NCBI GenBank assembly: GCA_047967505.1
Contig: CM106538.1
Source: Dipteris shenzhenensis
Taxonomy: Eukaryota
Strand: one strand, 5' to 3'
DNA length: 64,000 nucleotides
The translations under genes and the position numbers were made by a program. Below, in pieces: positions 34,251 to 46,882 of this stretch (its first letter is position 1; each line of letters starts with the position of its first letter). The notes beneath the pieces are model-generated. The model ran no database searches and was not told where the DNA came from. It saw only the letters and a list, made by a program, of their open reading frames with translations.

Positions 34251-35843
34251 CTAGCATGCAATTACATTCACAAGTTGTGATAATATGCTTGTGGGCCCTA
34301 GACTTTGATGGTCCACCTCAATAATCCAAATTGGGATGTCAGGCTTAGCCTCATTTTGTTGTGGGACATTAATTTTCATGAGACAATCCATGTAGGCATG
34401 TCTAAAGCCACAATCTCTACAGAGTGTTTGGAAAGTAATGGGGCTATCACAATGAGAGCATTCCATGATTTGATGATTCTCCCTGCAACTGCAGCACTTG
34501 ATTGGCATTCGATATGTCTTGGGCCAAACTTTCACCACATTCTTGTCCATAGAGATAAAGATGCCCATTGCAGCTCTTCTTAAAGGAAATCCCATCCTTT
34601 GGATTAAGCCTTCTTCTCCTTCCACATAGTACATTGAGTACTCAGCTTCAATTGTGAATCCACTTCCTCAGCTTGAAGTCATTGTATTGGAACTTGCGAA
34701 GGAGCTGGATTTGGTGCTCTTGGATATGGTCGTGTATCTGGATTTTTGAGTAATCGAGACTTGGGTCGGGAATAGGATTCAAGCCTGGAGCTAGGGGTGT
34801 TTGTACAAGTGCCGAATGCCTATACATTGGGATGGGTGTTGGTTGGTATTGTTGAGGTCAAGGAAGGTTGTTGCGCATGTTAAAGATGCAACTATTTTTA
34901 TCATGCCCATTGACTATGCAGATGTGGCACCACAACCTTGGCAGTGGATTGGCTTGTGCATTGATCCTAGCTCTTAGGATGGGTCATTCATTTGATGTAT
35001 GATTGGCCATTCAGTGCAGACATCATACATTTTCTTGCCATGGATAAGTTTGAGGTGGCGTCTGAGACATGTGAAGCTTTTGTTCCATGGCCTACATTAT
35101 TTCTTCTCTTGGCTTCATGGTCATGGCCTCTAGGCAATCTTCATTAGACATTTCTGTAGTGGACTTGGATTTTCTCTTTTTAGAGTGCTTATCAAGCACA
35201 CTGGCTCTTCCATCATCACTGCTAGTGTCAGAGACTGTCGTGCCATCCTCAATGTCAATGGCTGCCACATGAGCAGCACTGAATGTTTCGTAACTACTAA
35301 TTTTTTTCATGTCTTTGCAGATTTTCTTCCTTAGGCCTGCAATGAACCAGGCTGTGAGGTATTTATCATTGGGGCATGGGTCACATTTGGCAATTAAGCA
35401 TTTCATCTTACCCAGGTACGTGCATGCATCTTCCCGTCGACCTTGTTTGAGCTTGCTTAGTTGGAGAGCAAGATCATCTTGTAGTCTCTCCATTTGGAAG
35501 CGCCTCTTGAATTCAGTTTGCAACAAGTTCCATGTGGCTTGTTCTTCCACTAGGAAGTCTAGGTACCATTCAAAGACTTCATCAGTTAAGGCCATAAGGA
35601 GCCATGCAACCTTGGTTTCATTTGATTGATCTCCTCTGACTCGACATGCGGCATCAAAATGTTGGAGGAATTTCGTTGGATCACTCTGGCCATTGTAATT
35701 GGAAAGTTTGAGTTTGCCCAGGGATCGCTTGCCTTGATTATTATTGTTGCAACCAAAATTGTTGCGAGGGTTAAAGAAATTGTCTCCATCTACTTCTAGT
35801 TCAAGGTCACCATCATCGTCGCAATGGTTGCGATCTGCCATAT
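34251..35843 (-). pseudogene. Gypsy gag with several Cys/His knuckles
   Basis: KLSNYNGQSDPTKFLQHF..TWNLLQTEFKRRF..LKQGRRE..WFIAGL capsid; knuckles WCHICIVNGHDKNSC, CCSCRENHQIMEC, CRDCGFRHAYMDC. Confidence 0.82.
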
Positions 35844-36170
35844 TGTGACTTGGAGGAGTCAAATAGATTGGATGAATTTCAAGGGAGGAATTCACGGCAG
35901 ATGGTTGTCAGAGACATTGGTCGGAGCATAGTTGCATGTAGAAGTGTTGAGACATGGATCGGGTACCTCCTCCACAAGTCCAAGTGGTGATGTATGTGTG
36001 TTAGGGGGATTATACATGTGTTATTGTAGTAGGGACCATCGTGTTAATAATGTGCTTAGAATTGTCCCCCTTGAGCATGGGAATGTGCCGATGGTGCAGA
36101 CGGTTTGTCAATCGGAGGTCACGGTGGATTGTTATGAGCAAATTAGTGCAAAAAGGGGCCCACATGGGGG

Positions 36171-36440
36171 TCTCTGCATGTAAGAATTGTAAGACATTCT
36201 CTCTCTACATGTAGAACTTGCATCTAGGATGCACATATAGAAGTTGCATGTTGCATGTAGGAGGAGTTGCATGTAGAAGTTGCATGTAGAACATGCATGT
36301 AGGAGTTACATGTAAAACATGCATATAGGAGTTGCATGTAGAACATGCATGTAGAAGTTACATGTACAAACTACATGTAGGAATCGTATGTAGAACTTGC
36401 ATGTAGAACATGCATGTAGGACTTGCATGCTGAAGATGCA
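36171..36440. repeat. TGCATGTAG(A/G)A satellite-like tract, likely part of the Gypsy LTR
   Basis: More than 15 iterations of a 12-14-bp (G)CATGTAG unit; first ~77 bp duplicated at 22608-22684. Confidence 0.85.
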
Positions 36441-38470
36441 TGTTGAGGATTCCTAAGAGAGATTATTCCTAGCCTTATGAAACTACAAGTGAAGCTTTGC
36501 CGCTACTCTACACACATTTTGTGCTACCTAAGTCCATGTTGGCACAGAGACAACAACCCAGAGTAAACTCCATTAGGGTTAGAATGACCATTGACCAAAC
36601 CACAATTAAGGTTAACCAAGCCTGGTCCACCAACCTTATTTGCTAGGTGGCAAAACAGGTGACCATACCCTCTGTATGGTGAATCCTTTGCCACATGTCA
36701 CTACTCAGGCTAAGCTTGTGACACCAAAATAAAAAATATGCAACAAAATCTTGAAAAGATTCCATCCCACGATCCATCGGTGCATAGGATCTCGTAGTCT
36801 AGTGGAGCTTAGAAACATTGAAGGTGTTGGAGCCTTGAGCTCATTTTAGCATGCAAGAGTGCTGCTCCTTCGATGCAAGAGCTTGGAGTTGTAGGAGGTG
36901 CTTGCAGTCACCCGTCAAGTTGTTTGAGTAGCCACCCTAGTCACTGTGTGGCCAAGGATGAGGTCGGGATTGCGATCTTCTCATTTGTTGTTGTAGAGCG
37001 TAGGAGGCTAGCTAAGGTTGGTCATTTCATTACTGCTATCAATCAGTGGCACAAGTCATGACTATTGGGTTGTGTGTGGAGCGGAAGGTGGTCATTGGAG
37101 TTCGTGTTATGTGTAGGAGCCAATCATTGGAGTGTTTGTTGATGAAGGCCGCTGAGACTATTTGTTTGCCATTCCAAGAGATGTTGCCCACTGCATGTTT
37201 TTCTTACTTTGGCACCTGTTGTGTGCAATCGTGCAATCGAGCATTGCAGAGTTGAGGTAGTAAATCAGTGCCTTGAGTTCCACTTTTGTTGGATTTTTAG
37301 GCCCTCGAGCTGTTGTGTGTTCCGTTGAAGCTCTGTGGAGACACATGGCATTGTGTTACTGGAGCGGGGGTGCTTGTGCTATTGCATTGATTGGCCACCG
37401 ACACGTAGTCCTTCTCACATGAGAGCTTAGAGGAGTTTAGCAGTAGGAGATAGTGGGCCATTCGGGTCAACCAGTTGTTGTAGAAGTGGAAGTCTTGATG
37501 GGAGGCTGCTATTGGCGACATTGACAATTGTTGCATGAGTAGGAAGCCCTAAGTGCCGTTGGAGACTGCTATGAGATCATAGGAGCTTGATGGCCTAGCT
37601 CCTTTGGTCGTTGTTACCTTACACTGGCATCGATTGCTTGTTGTATGGTGGCTGAGGCTGGTTGTTTGTTGTTGCCTTGTGTAGGAGAAGGGACGTTGAT
37701 GTTAGTTGGCTATATCTGTGGATAGTCAAGATGGGTGAATAGCCTGTGGGCTTGCCAAAGATGGCATAGGTTCTTCTTGTCCTTGCAAAGTCACGTCTAT
37801 GAGTCATCTAGGCTAGGGAGCCATGGAGGCCGAGGTGCTCGACCTTTGCTTGCAGTCAAACGAACATTGGTGCAGTAGAGTTGCCTTTACATTATGAGCT
37901 TAGGAGCTTGAGACTTAGAGGTAGAGTGGGACATTAATGTTCAAGCAGTTTAAAGCTAGGAGCCGGTTGTAGCACTAAAGCTCGATAGTTTCTTAGATAC
38001 ATGAGTACACAGCTATTGAAGGAGGAAGGCATCACTGGAGGCTAAGTATTACACCCCTCAACAAGAACCATAGCTTACAAAAAAATTCCCTTGAGGAACA
38101 AAACTATATGAGGACCAAGAGACCAATGGAGAATATAAACATTCGATTAATCACTCAAGTATCCTCTCAAAGAAGAAATCTCTCTCTTACATGAGTAGAG
38201 AATGGATGGAATTGACCGTATCTCACCACCCATATATCGGAATGATGATGCAGAGTTAGAGGGAAGAAGGAGCTCTACAAGAAGAGCTAGGTGAGAGGTG
38301 AAGATGCCTCATGGAGAGGGCTAGTGCCTTGACTAAAGCAAGGGCTTAATGCCTTGACAAGGGTAAGGGCTTGCTCTCTCTCTAACAGAAAACTCTCTCA
38401 ATGGAAGATGCCTCACAAGGAGGGCTTGACACTCATCAAGGGAGTGGGATCACCATCGGCTCTAATACCA
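36441..38470 (-). mobile_element. 5' internal region (leader and decayed gag) of the old Copia, ending in a tRNA-iMet PBS
   Basis: GCTCTAATACCA (38459-38470) = TGGTATTAGAGC next to TG; weak CGKGF knuckle-like motif near 36680; shares TGCCTC..AGGGCT motif with 20431-20580. Confidence 0.5.
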
Positions 38471-38790
38471 TGATAGCGAGAGAGAGAGAGAGAGAGAGAG
38501 AGGGGAGTGCACACAAGATTGACTAGCTGTACACTATCTTGTATTGAACATAAACATGAATATATACATGAGTGCCCTATAGGTTGACTAACATGATAGT
38601 GAGAAAAAGAGAGAGAAAGAGAGAGAGACAGAGACAAAGAGAAGTGCACACAAGATTGACTAATTGTACACTGTGTTGTATTGAACATAAACATGAATAT
38701 ATACATGAGTGCCCCTTAGGGTTAGGGTTAGGGTTAGGGATTTCCCCTAATGCCCCTATAGGTATGGTGCAATTTACACCATCCTCAACA
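38471..38790 (-). repeat. Short LTR made of two tandem TG..CA units (38471-38593, 38594-38790)
   Basis: Both units: TGATAG.(GA)n..GTGCACACAAGATTGACTA..TGTACACT..TTGTATTGAACATAAACATGAATATATACATGAGTGCCC; both end AACA; PBS adjacent. Confidence 0.75.
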
Positions 38791-41093
38791 AGGATTTGTA
38801 TGCAAAAGATTGTAATCAAAATTTCAACGAACAAGCTTGTGCATTGCTTGCTTAAAGAGCTTCTTCTTTTCAAGTTGTGAGCTCACATTGAGAGTGTAAG
38901 CTACTATGTTAGCTTCTTTGCAAAGTGAGCTTAAGTGTTCCAAATCAGTTAATAGTGTTGGAATAATTTGAGTTTACTCATGAAAATGAAACAAGCAATT
39001 CTAATGTGAGTAGGATCTACAAAGTCTTAAAGTCTTTTAGCAAAAGTCTCTAGCTAAGTATTCTTGAGCTAAAGGTGATTACCTTATGCAAAGTTTGAGG
39101 CTTGTGTGTGGCTTGGTTGAAATCTAATCTATGAGATAATGTTGAGAGTAGGTTCTTTGTTGAGTGTTAAACCTATGAAATCTATGAGTTTCACTAATCC
39201 AAGTGAGTTAAAGTCAGAATAGGAGTAGCTAAGTTTCCTATTAAATCTAAGACAAATAATGCTAGTGCGAGTTGAATCTATAAAAACTATTTTATCTTAT
39301 TGTGCAAATTTTTGAGGACTTCTAAGCTTCTTTTTTTATTGTTGAATCTGAGTGTGAGTGTTCTAAATGAGTTGAGAGAGTTGGAAGAATTTTAGTATAC
39401 TCTTTTTTAAACAAATAATGCTAATCTAAGTAGAATTTAGAAAGTCTTAAAGCCCTTTTCAATGTAATATTCTTGAGCTTTTAGCATCTTAGTGTTGCTT
39501 TGAACTAAAGAAGCCTATTTGATCATTGGTGTGCCATCAAATGGGTTTTTTTTTAACACAATTGTTGTGGGCTTGATGTAGTGGGTCAAATATTTCATAA
39601 TAGTTCCTTTCTACAAAAAGTGCAAATAACACATCTACTTCATTTTTTTAAGAAAGAAAAAGTACTTGCTAGCTTCAGGGATTGTTTCTACATACATGTA
39701 AAAGCATTGGGACAATTTCAAGGCTTTTAAATGTTTTGTTCTTGATTTGGTAGGTAAATACTGGACATCAAAGATTGGTAGGCCAAGAGCTCAATCCAAA
39801 AGTGTTCAACATTAGCAAGAAGCTACCTTATGACGAGTAATAAAATACATTGACTTTGCTAGCCACATATCAAGAGTTATGTGTAAGGCAATCATTGGGA
39901 CACATTGCTGAAGAAAGATAAGCACATTTTCTAGGTTATAAATCCAAGTTGGTGTTTAATACTTGCTAGCACTAGTAGCTTGGCATTAATTTCATGCATT
40001 CTTGGTATCAATTGAATTTTTTAAATGTTTTATGGTGAACAGGGGTTTTGAGAAAGAAATCCAAGCTGAGAGAGAAAGAAAATTGCCTAAAAAGAATAAG
40101 AGGAAGAAAAGTTTGGCTTTTATTGAGGTCAAATTCAAAAAGAAGTTCACAAACAAGATCAGTATGTCAGGATAGATTATTAGGAGTTTATTCCTTTAAT
40201 GGAAACAAGTGGTTTGAGAAGGTGACCATCAAAACAGTAAAGAAAAAGGAATTCAAGCTAAATTTGGAAAAATTACAACATTTGTGCATTCACATGAAAT
40301 CAAAGAAAAGCGCAATCATCATGGAGTGCCTTCACGTGAAAGATACAATTTCATAATCCATAAATGTATAATAGAGTTTCATCCTACTACATGATCTTTA
40401 ATTTTATGGCTTGTGATAATACTTGGATAAACACGAGACAAGGATGTCCTATGTGCTCTATCTTTTGTGAGTATGTCATTGATGAGTGCCAGATCCAATG
40501 GCCCTAGTGTGGCCAGCCTTTGCATGTGTTTTTTGTTGTGCTATTTACACATACAAATTTGGTTTGCAAATTTTGTCTTCTACAAAAATCCATGGGTGTT
40601 TAAACCAAGTGTGTCTTCTTGCTACAAATATCCACACTGAGAAACAAGTGGTTACACATTCATTGCTTTCAAAGAGCAAGTAGTTTGATGAAGTAGGGAA
40701 GCTACTTGATGAAGGTTAGAAGCTTGAGCTCTGTGATGAAGTGAGGAAGCTCCTTGATGAAGGGGGGGGGAAATTCAAGGAGGAAAAAGAATCAAAGAAC
40801 CCTAATGAAGGAGATCAAAGAAGAATCAGGGCATCCTAGTGCGAGCCAACACTACAAACACACATGGGGATTTATGTTTTATAACAATGTGAGAATCAAA
40901 GAAGGTTGCATATTACAATTTTTTACAAAAATGTTAGTATTTATTCTACTTGTTATCAATAGTGATCTAGCTTTATTTAAAGAATATGGTGTATTAAAAC
41001 CTACATATTGGAAATAATACACTATGGTATTCCCACCCTCTTTTTAAAGCTCACCTTTTGGCTTTCCCTCTCTCAAGTCGATTTTCTTGTTCT

Positions 41094-44000
41094 TGTAGGA
41101 ACAAAGTGGAGATAGGTTATGAACACAAGTGAGCAAGAGTGCACACATAAAAAGGCTCCAATAGAAATGTTCAAATGAAACAATACAAGTACTTGTTGGT
41201 ATATATAGTACCCAAGTAGTATTGGTCAACCATAGGGTTGACTTTATGCCTACAACACCATATCTTTGTAATGTCTTACAAATCCCCCCTCAAAGATATG
41301 GCTAAAAGTGCCCCGGAAACATCTCAGGTGTACCCTGTAGTCCCTAAAGTACCATGGTTGCATAAATTCATCCAAATGGATACGCAACCTATGGGAGTAC
41401 ATGAAAACAATGTCATTGTGAATCACTTCACAAACCCCCTTGACATTGTGAGAATGTCTCTGATCCTCAAGTCATGTCTATGTCATAAGAAAAGATCTAT
41501 TGATAGGGCTTTGGTGAAGATATCTGCCACATTGTCCTCAGATGGACAATAGATGAGATCAAAGATGCCATCAGAAATACAATCCCGTACATAATGATAA
41601 TGATTTTCAATGTGTTTCATGCGAGCATGAAAGATAGGATTGTTGGCTATGGCAATGCAACTCTAGCTATCACAGAAGATAGAGTTTGCTTCGCCATCTT
41701 GTGCATGATGCAAGTCATGCAAAAGCTTCCTTAACCACATTAACTCCATAGTGGTTGAATTTGCAGGTTAGTTTGCCTCTAAAAGAGAATAAGAAGGCCT
41801 CACAAAGGCATATTTAGGAACACATTAGTTCTTGTATTGATTATGCAAATTGTTTGTAGCAATAATTAGTATCTTTAGTGTACATGGCTAAGTTAAGGCG
41901 ACTTGATGTTCATGTAGTTTTTTTTGTTTCTTTTTAATTAAAGAAAATAGCAGCTTATATCATAGGGGTGGTCAACCAGCAAAAAATAGGACCTAATTAC
42001 AAAAATTGGCCAACTATCAAGCTAGCTACCCTCGGCTTGCACTGCAAGCAATTGGGTCACAGCCCATTTCTTACGCAGGACCGGACTACCAAAAGGTATC
42101 TACTTACTAGTGGGTTTTGATGCTTGTAATCTAGCTCATATCCCTGAGGTTATTTTTAATCGGGGCTAGAATGAGTGATTCCCTATGACCCACTAGGACT
42201 CAATGTTGGAAGGCGATCTTGTTCCTCACTTCCCAAACCATCATACATACTATAGCTCTCAAGTACAGCCAGCATGCTACCAACGTAGATGGAAATCGGG
42301 ATGCATCTCCCATGATAACAGGTTCCCAAACTGCCATACATACTGCGCCTCTCAGGTAGGGCCAGCATGCTGCCCGTATCGATGGAAATCGGGATGCATC
42401 TCCCATGAGAATAGGTTTCCATTGTGAGCCTAAGTGGCATTTTGACGTCAGCCCCAAGTCTCTGATGGCCACTTCTACCCTAAGCCATACGTTCCTAGTC
42501 ACCATACAACTCCACATTAGATGGCAGACCACTTTTATTGAAGAGAGACTCGCTCTTTCTTCTTACTGAGCCATGAGATACAAGCTAAACCCAATGAGAA
42601 GCAATAGCTAGTAGTGGACTATCTATCGTCAATGTCCCTTGACCAATCTGAGTCGATGAAACCACTCAGCTCTAGATCACAATATGAAGCATAATGCAAG
42701 CCAAGAGAAAGAGTGCCATGGACATATCTGAGAACCCTCTTTGCTGCATTCCAATGTGTGATCATGGGACAATGCATGAACTAGCTCAAAATCCCTATGG
42801 CATAGGCAATATTAGGCCATGTGGAGCATAGATATATCAAACTACCAACAACCAACTGCCTGTACAAAGTGTCATCAAACTTTTCAGCAGCATCATGCTT
42901 ACTCAGCTTGAGTCCCTTTTCCAATGGAGTAGCCACAGGCTTATAGTTCTTCATTTTAAATTTCTGCAACAACCCCCTCGAATACTTTGTTTATGACATA
43001 AAAATCCCATCATGGGTCTGCCAAAACTCAATGCCAAGACAATAATGCAATAGGCCCAAATCTATCATGTCAAAGTTGTGACATAATGTAAACTGCACTG
43101 CTATAATTTGCTACAAATCATTGCCAGTGAGTATGATGTCATCCACATATAGTACCAACACGACCAATTCTGATTTTTGCTGTAGAACATACAGATTTGG
43201 CTCTGTATGAGTGTTTATGAAGCCCTGGGACATCAAAAATTGATGTATCTTTTGATACCACACAAGAGGTGCTTGCTTCAGCCCATATAGAGCCTTCTTG
43301 AGCTTGCATACCTTGTGCTCTTGTCCCTTCACCTCAAAACCTTGGGGCTGATGTACATAGACCTCCTCTTTAAGATCTCCATTGAGGAAAGTGGTCTTGA
43401 CATCCATCTGGTACACTGACCAACCATAAAATGCAGTAAGAGAGATGACAGAATGAATGATGGTCATCTTGGCCCCACTGGAGCTATAATCTCCTCATAA
43501 TCTACCCCCTCCTCTTTTGCATACCCCTTGGCAAACAAAACGGGCTTTGTATTTCTCAATTGTGCCATCTAAAGGGTATTTCACCTTATAAATCCATTTC
43601 ATGCCAACCACGCATCAACCAAGTCCCATGTGGCATTCTTCTCAATGGATTTAATCTCAACTTCCATAGCTTTCTACCATGCCAGATTATGCTGAGCATC
43701 CTTGAAGCTCTGAGGCTCATTTTTAGCTTCCATCACTGAGGTCATCAAAGCGAAATTGTCCTTTTTCAGATTTTTTTGAGTGCTGGCCCTGGTTTTCCCC
43801 AAAGTAGGTTGATCCTTAGCATCTTGAATGGTCAACCTTGCCCAACATGGAATAGATTTCTTTGCTGTACCGCTTGGGGCTACATCAACATCTTTAGTGG
43901 CCTCACGATGTTGACAATGCCCCCAAACATGAGGCTATCTATTCTCAATAATTCGCTACAAATGTGAAACATTTGAGGGAGAGCCATCCTCAACATGTGG

Positions 44001-45600
44001 CAAGCCATCTGAACTATGAGAAAGAGAAGGGGAAGCATCAAGAGACTCCATCTCATTATTATCAAATTGGATGATGTCTAAAGGGGTGTCATCTTATGGT
44101 GGCAAGTCTGCACTAGCAGGTTGCATGCACTCATTCTAGGAAAGAGAACATCTTTGTTGATTATTACCTTCCTAGTAGCAGGATCATAAAGCCTAAATCC
44201 CCTGCTATCAATGCCATACCCCATGAAAATGCATTTGACACTCTTGTCATCAAGCTTTGTTCGATGTGCATCTAGAACCAAAGCATATTCCACTGAGCCA
44301 AAAACTCTAAAATGACTAACCTTTGGCTTAAAGCCATACAAAGCCTCAAACGCAGTCACATTAACCAAAGATTTGGTAGGGCATCTATTCTGAATATAAA
44401 GTGGCTGTCACAATTGCTTCTCCCCAAAAAGCCTTTGAGACTCTCTTGAATTTCAGCATGCATCTCGTCATCTCCATCAGAGTACGATTCTTCCTCTCAG
44501 AGAGTGGATTATGTTGTGGTGTGTAAGGGCATGTCAAGTGATGTTTAAACCCATGCTGCTTCAAAAATCCCTGGAATGCATGTGACATGTACTCTCCCCC
44601 TTTATCTAAGTTGAGTATTTCAATTCTAGAATTGGTTTGGTTCTCACCCATAGCTTTGAACTCCTAAAACCAATAGAACACCTCATATTTTTCCTTCATG
44701 AGAAAAAGCCATGTGAACCTGGAGAAGTCATCTATAAAGGTCACAAAGTACCTTGCTCCTCTATGCATGGGAATAGTCATGGGGCCACATACATCACTAT
44801 GCACCATCTGTAACACTCTGGTTGCCTTGATCCAATTCTTGCCTTGTTTACTGAATGGCAAGTGATGCAATTTGCCAAGTGCACACCCCTCACACACTTC
44901 ATTTGATGGTTGTTGCAATTTTGGCATTCCCTAAGTCATATTATTGTTGTACAAGTAGGACAATGCCCTGTGATGGACATGTCCAAACCTGGCATGCCAT
45001 AAATCAGCCTAGGAAGTGTTTGCTATAGCCAATACCTTCTGATTATAAGGCTAAGCATCAAGCTTGTATAAGCCTCTGTCATATGTGCCTGTTGCTACAA
45101 CCTCATACCCTTTCTTTGGATCCTTCATCCTACATTGGTTATCCTGAAATTTGACCAAAATATGTTGATCGTGGGCAATGTTTGAAACTGAAATCAAATT
45201 TTGCCTCAAATCTGGAACATACCAAACATCTATGATATACTTAACTTTCCCATTATCAAGCTGAATGGGAATGTACCCAACTCCGATGATGTCTTTAGAA
45301 GCATCATTGGCACATGTCACATGGCTACTATGAATAGGTGTGATGCTCTCAAACCACTCTTAGCAAGGAGTCATGTGCTTAGTAGCACCATTATCGATAT
45401 ACCATGTATCACTTGCAACAAGGGAAGTAACCCTTGATTGATTTTCAGCATTCAAATCCCCCCTGGCATCCATCTTCTCATTAAATGCAGCAAACACAAA
45501 ATCTCTATTACCTTGGGCAAGATGAGCTTCACCATGTGCATATGAAGCACCAGTTTCAGTGTGGGGACAACAATAAGTCTCCATTGTCCACATCCACACC
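41094..45600 (-). mobile_element. Ty1/Copia of a different family, 5'-truncated and degenerate (Copia C); probable 3' LTR 41094-41280
   Basis: WYIDNGATKHM protease; CEGCALGK, VHSDVCGP, YTPQHN integrase; QMDVKTTFLNGDL, YVDDIILTG RT; HARMKHIENHYH RNase H; PPT AGGGGGATT next to TGTAGGA...TCTTACA. Confidence 0.88.
41767..42550. other. Unclassified insertion in Copia C RNase H, containing a 93-bp tandem duplication
   Basis: Separates SWLSKK (~42555) from TMELMWLR (~41750); GCCAGCATGCT..GATGGAAATCGGGATGCATCTCCCATGA at ~42268 and ~42361. Confidence 0.6.
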
Positions 45601-45678
45601 TATCCAATATCCACATCCATCAATCACATGGATGTTAGATTTAAACCACTCTAGATATATTGACGTACAAATTTCAAA

Positions 45679-45721
45679 GGTAGTAGTAGTGGTAGTGGTA
45701 GAGGGGGTAGTAGTAGTGGTA

Positions 45722-45757
<36 letters not shown>

Positions 45758-45898
45758 ATGGTCGTGGTCGTGGTCATGGTCATGGTCATGGTCGTGGTCA
45801 TGGTCATGGTGCCGGTGCTAGTGCTAATGGTAGCAAAATAGGACAACAATAACTAGACAACAATAGCAACAGTAGTAGTAGTCATCATCATCATCGTC
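45679..45898. repeat. GTA/GTG and GGTCRT tri-/hexanucleotide microsatellite
   Basis: (GGTCGT/GGTCAT)n and (GTA)n tracts visible. Confidence 0.92.
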
Positions 45899-46692
45899 TA
45901 GCATGTGTACCTAAATATATTCATCCTAGGATAACAAAAAAATGACACTACTAGGATAAAATTTATTAAATCGAGCATTAAAGGACCTCTTTCTCCATTA
46001 GTTTGTCTTGCAATCATCCAAATGTTCATTTTGTTCAAAGATATGTTCTGAAAGATGGACAACTCAACATTTGGCCTTGAAAGCTAGTTCTAAATTTTAG
46101 GTTAGAAGGAATAGCTTTGTTGCTTTTGGGTTTGTTGGTTTGCTTCAGTAATGATTAGTGCTTCCCTGGGGTGCCAACTCCCTTTAGTAACAAAACCTAT
46201 CAAAATCTTGAGTATGAGATGAATTTAACAATATGCCATGAGTAGAAATTATTCACATTAACATGGTTGTGTTCTACACTAAAGGAGCTGCAATTATGTC
46301 TTTACCATGGATGATTTTTTCAAGGTAGTTTTGTTAATAAGCTAAACTTTTATATTGGTTTTGAAAGTTTATATGCCCAATAAAATTAAATGTTTGAAAC
46401 ATTTGCCAAGATTTGAAACTTTATTGCAAAAATATATAAAGTTTCACCAGGATTTTCATTTTTTCCTTCAAATTTTAAAAGAAAATGTATTAAAAAGTAC
46501 TACATTCTACCAATATTATGAAGCTAAAAAAAGTAAATTGAAAACTTTTGCCAAGATTTTATATTAATATATAAGCATAGCTTTGATAAAAGCATGCTTG
46601 GTCTTTACACCTTGAAATTTGGGTACACATGAAAAAGTTACATTATTTTGGAAGGAGATGGGTTTTCATATTTTAGTGTATTTTTTGTTTTA

Positions 46693-46882
46693 CCCCCCTC
46701 ATCCAAAAGACCCCCCCCTTGGGCCTCACATATTATCAAAAATATGTACAAATCTTAAAATCTTGTAGGGGTACATGAAATTTTCACGTTTTTCCCTTGC
46801 ATATTTGAAATTTTTTAAGGAAATGCATGCATATTATATGTGGACTTTGTCCCCCCATATCCTAGATTTTGGACGAGGGTAG
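46693..46882. mobile_element. Stowaway-like (Tc1/mariner) MITE
   Basis: TA|CCCCCCTCATCCAAAA ... TTTTGGACGAGGGTAG|TA; resembles Stowaway termini CTCCCTCCGTCCC..GGGACGGAGGGAG with TA TSD. Confidence 0.6.

Larger units (their letters stand above)
21461..36440 (-). mobile_element. Ty3/Gypsy retrotransposon relic (non-chromovirus-like) with partly deleted LTRs and three nested insertions; outer limits approximate
   Basis: Order on minus strand gag, Zn knuckles, protease, RT, (RH deleted), integrase with GPY motif; ~77-bp direct repeat at 22608-22684 and 36171-36246 brackets the coding region. Confidence 0.75.

Noticed and set aside
36441-38790. Independent element bounded by TGTTGAGGAT...ATCCTCAACA
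   Set aside because: No TSD (ATGCA vs AGGAT); the left 10-mer fits decayed protease coding sequence and the right is an LTR end.
39760-39940. Possible hAT dimerisation-domain remnant (DW*AK..CSTLARSYL)
   Set aside because: Too short and degenerate to support without a profile search.
45485-45849. Poly-Val and poly-Thr ORFs
   Set aside because: Translations of a GGTCRT/GTA microsatellite.
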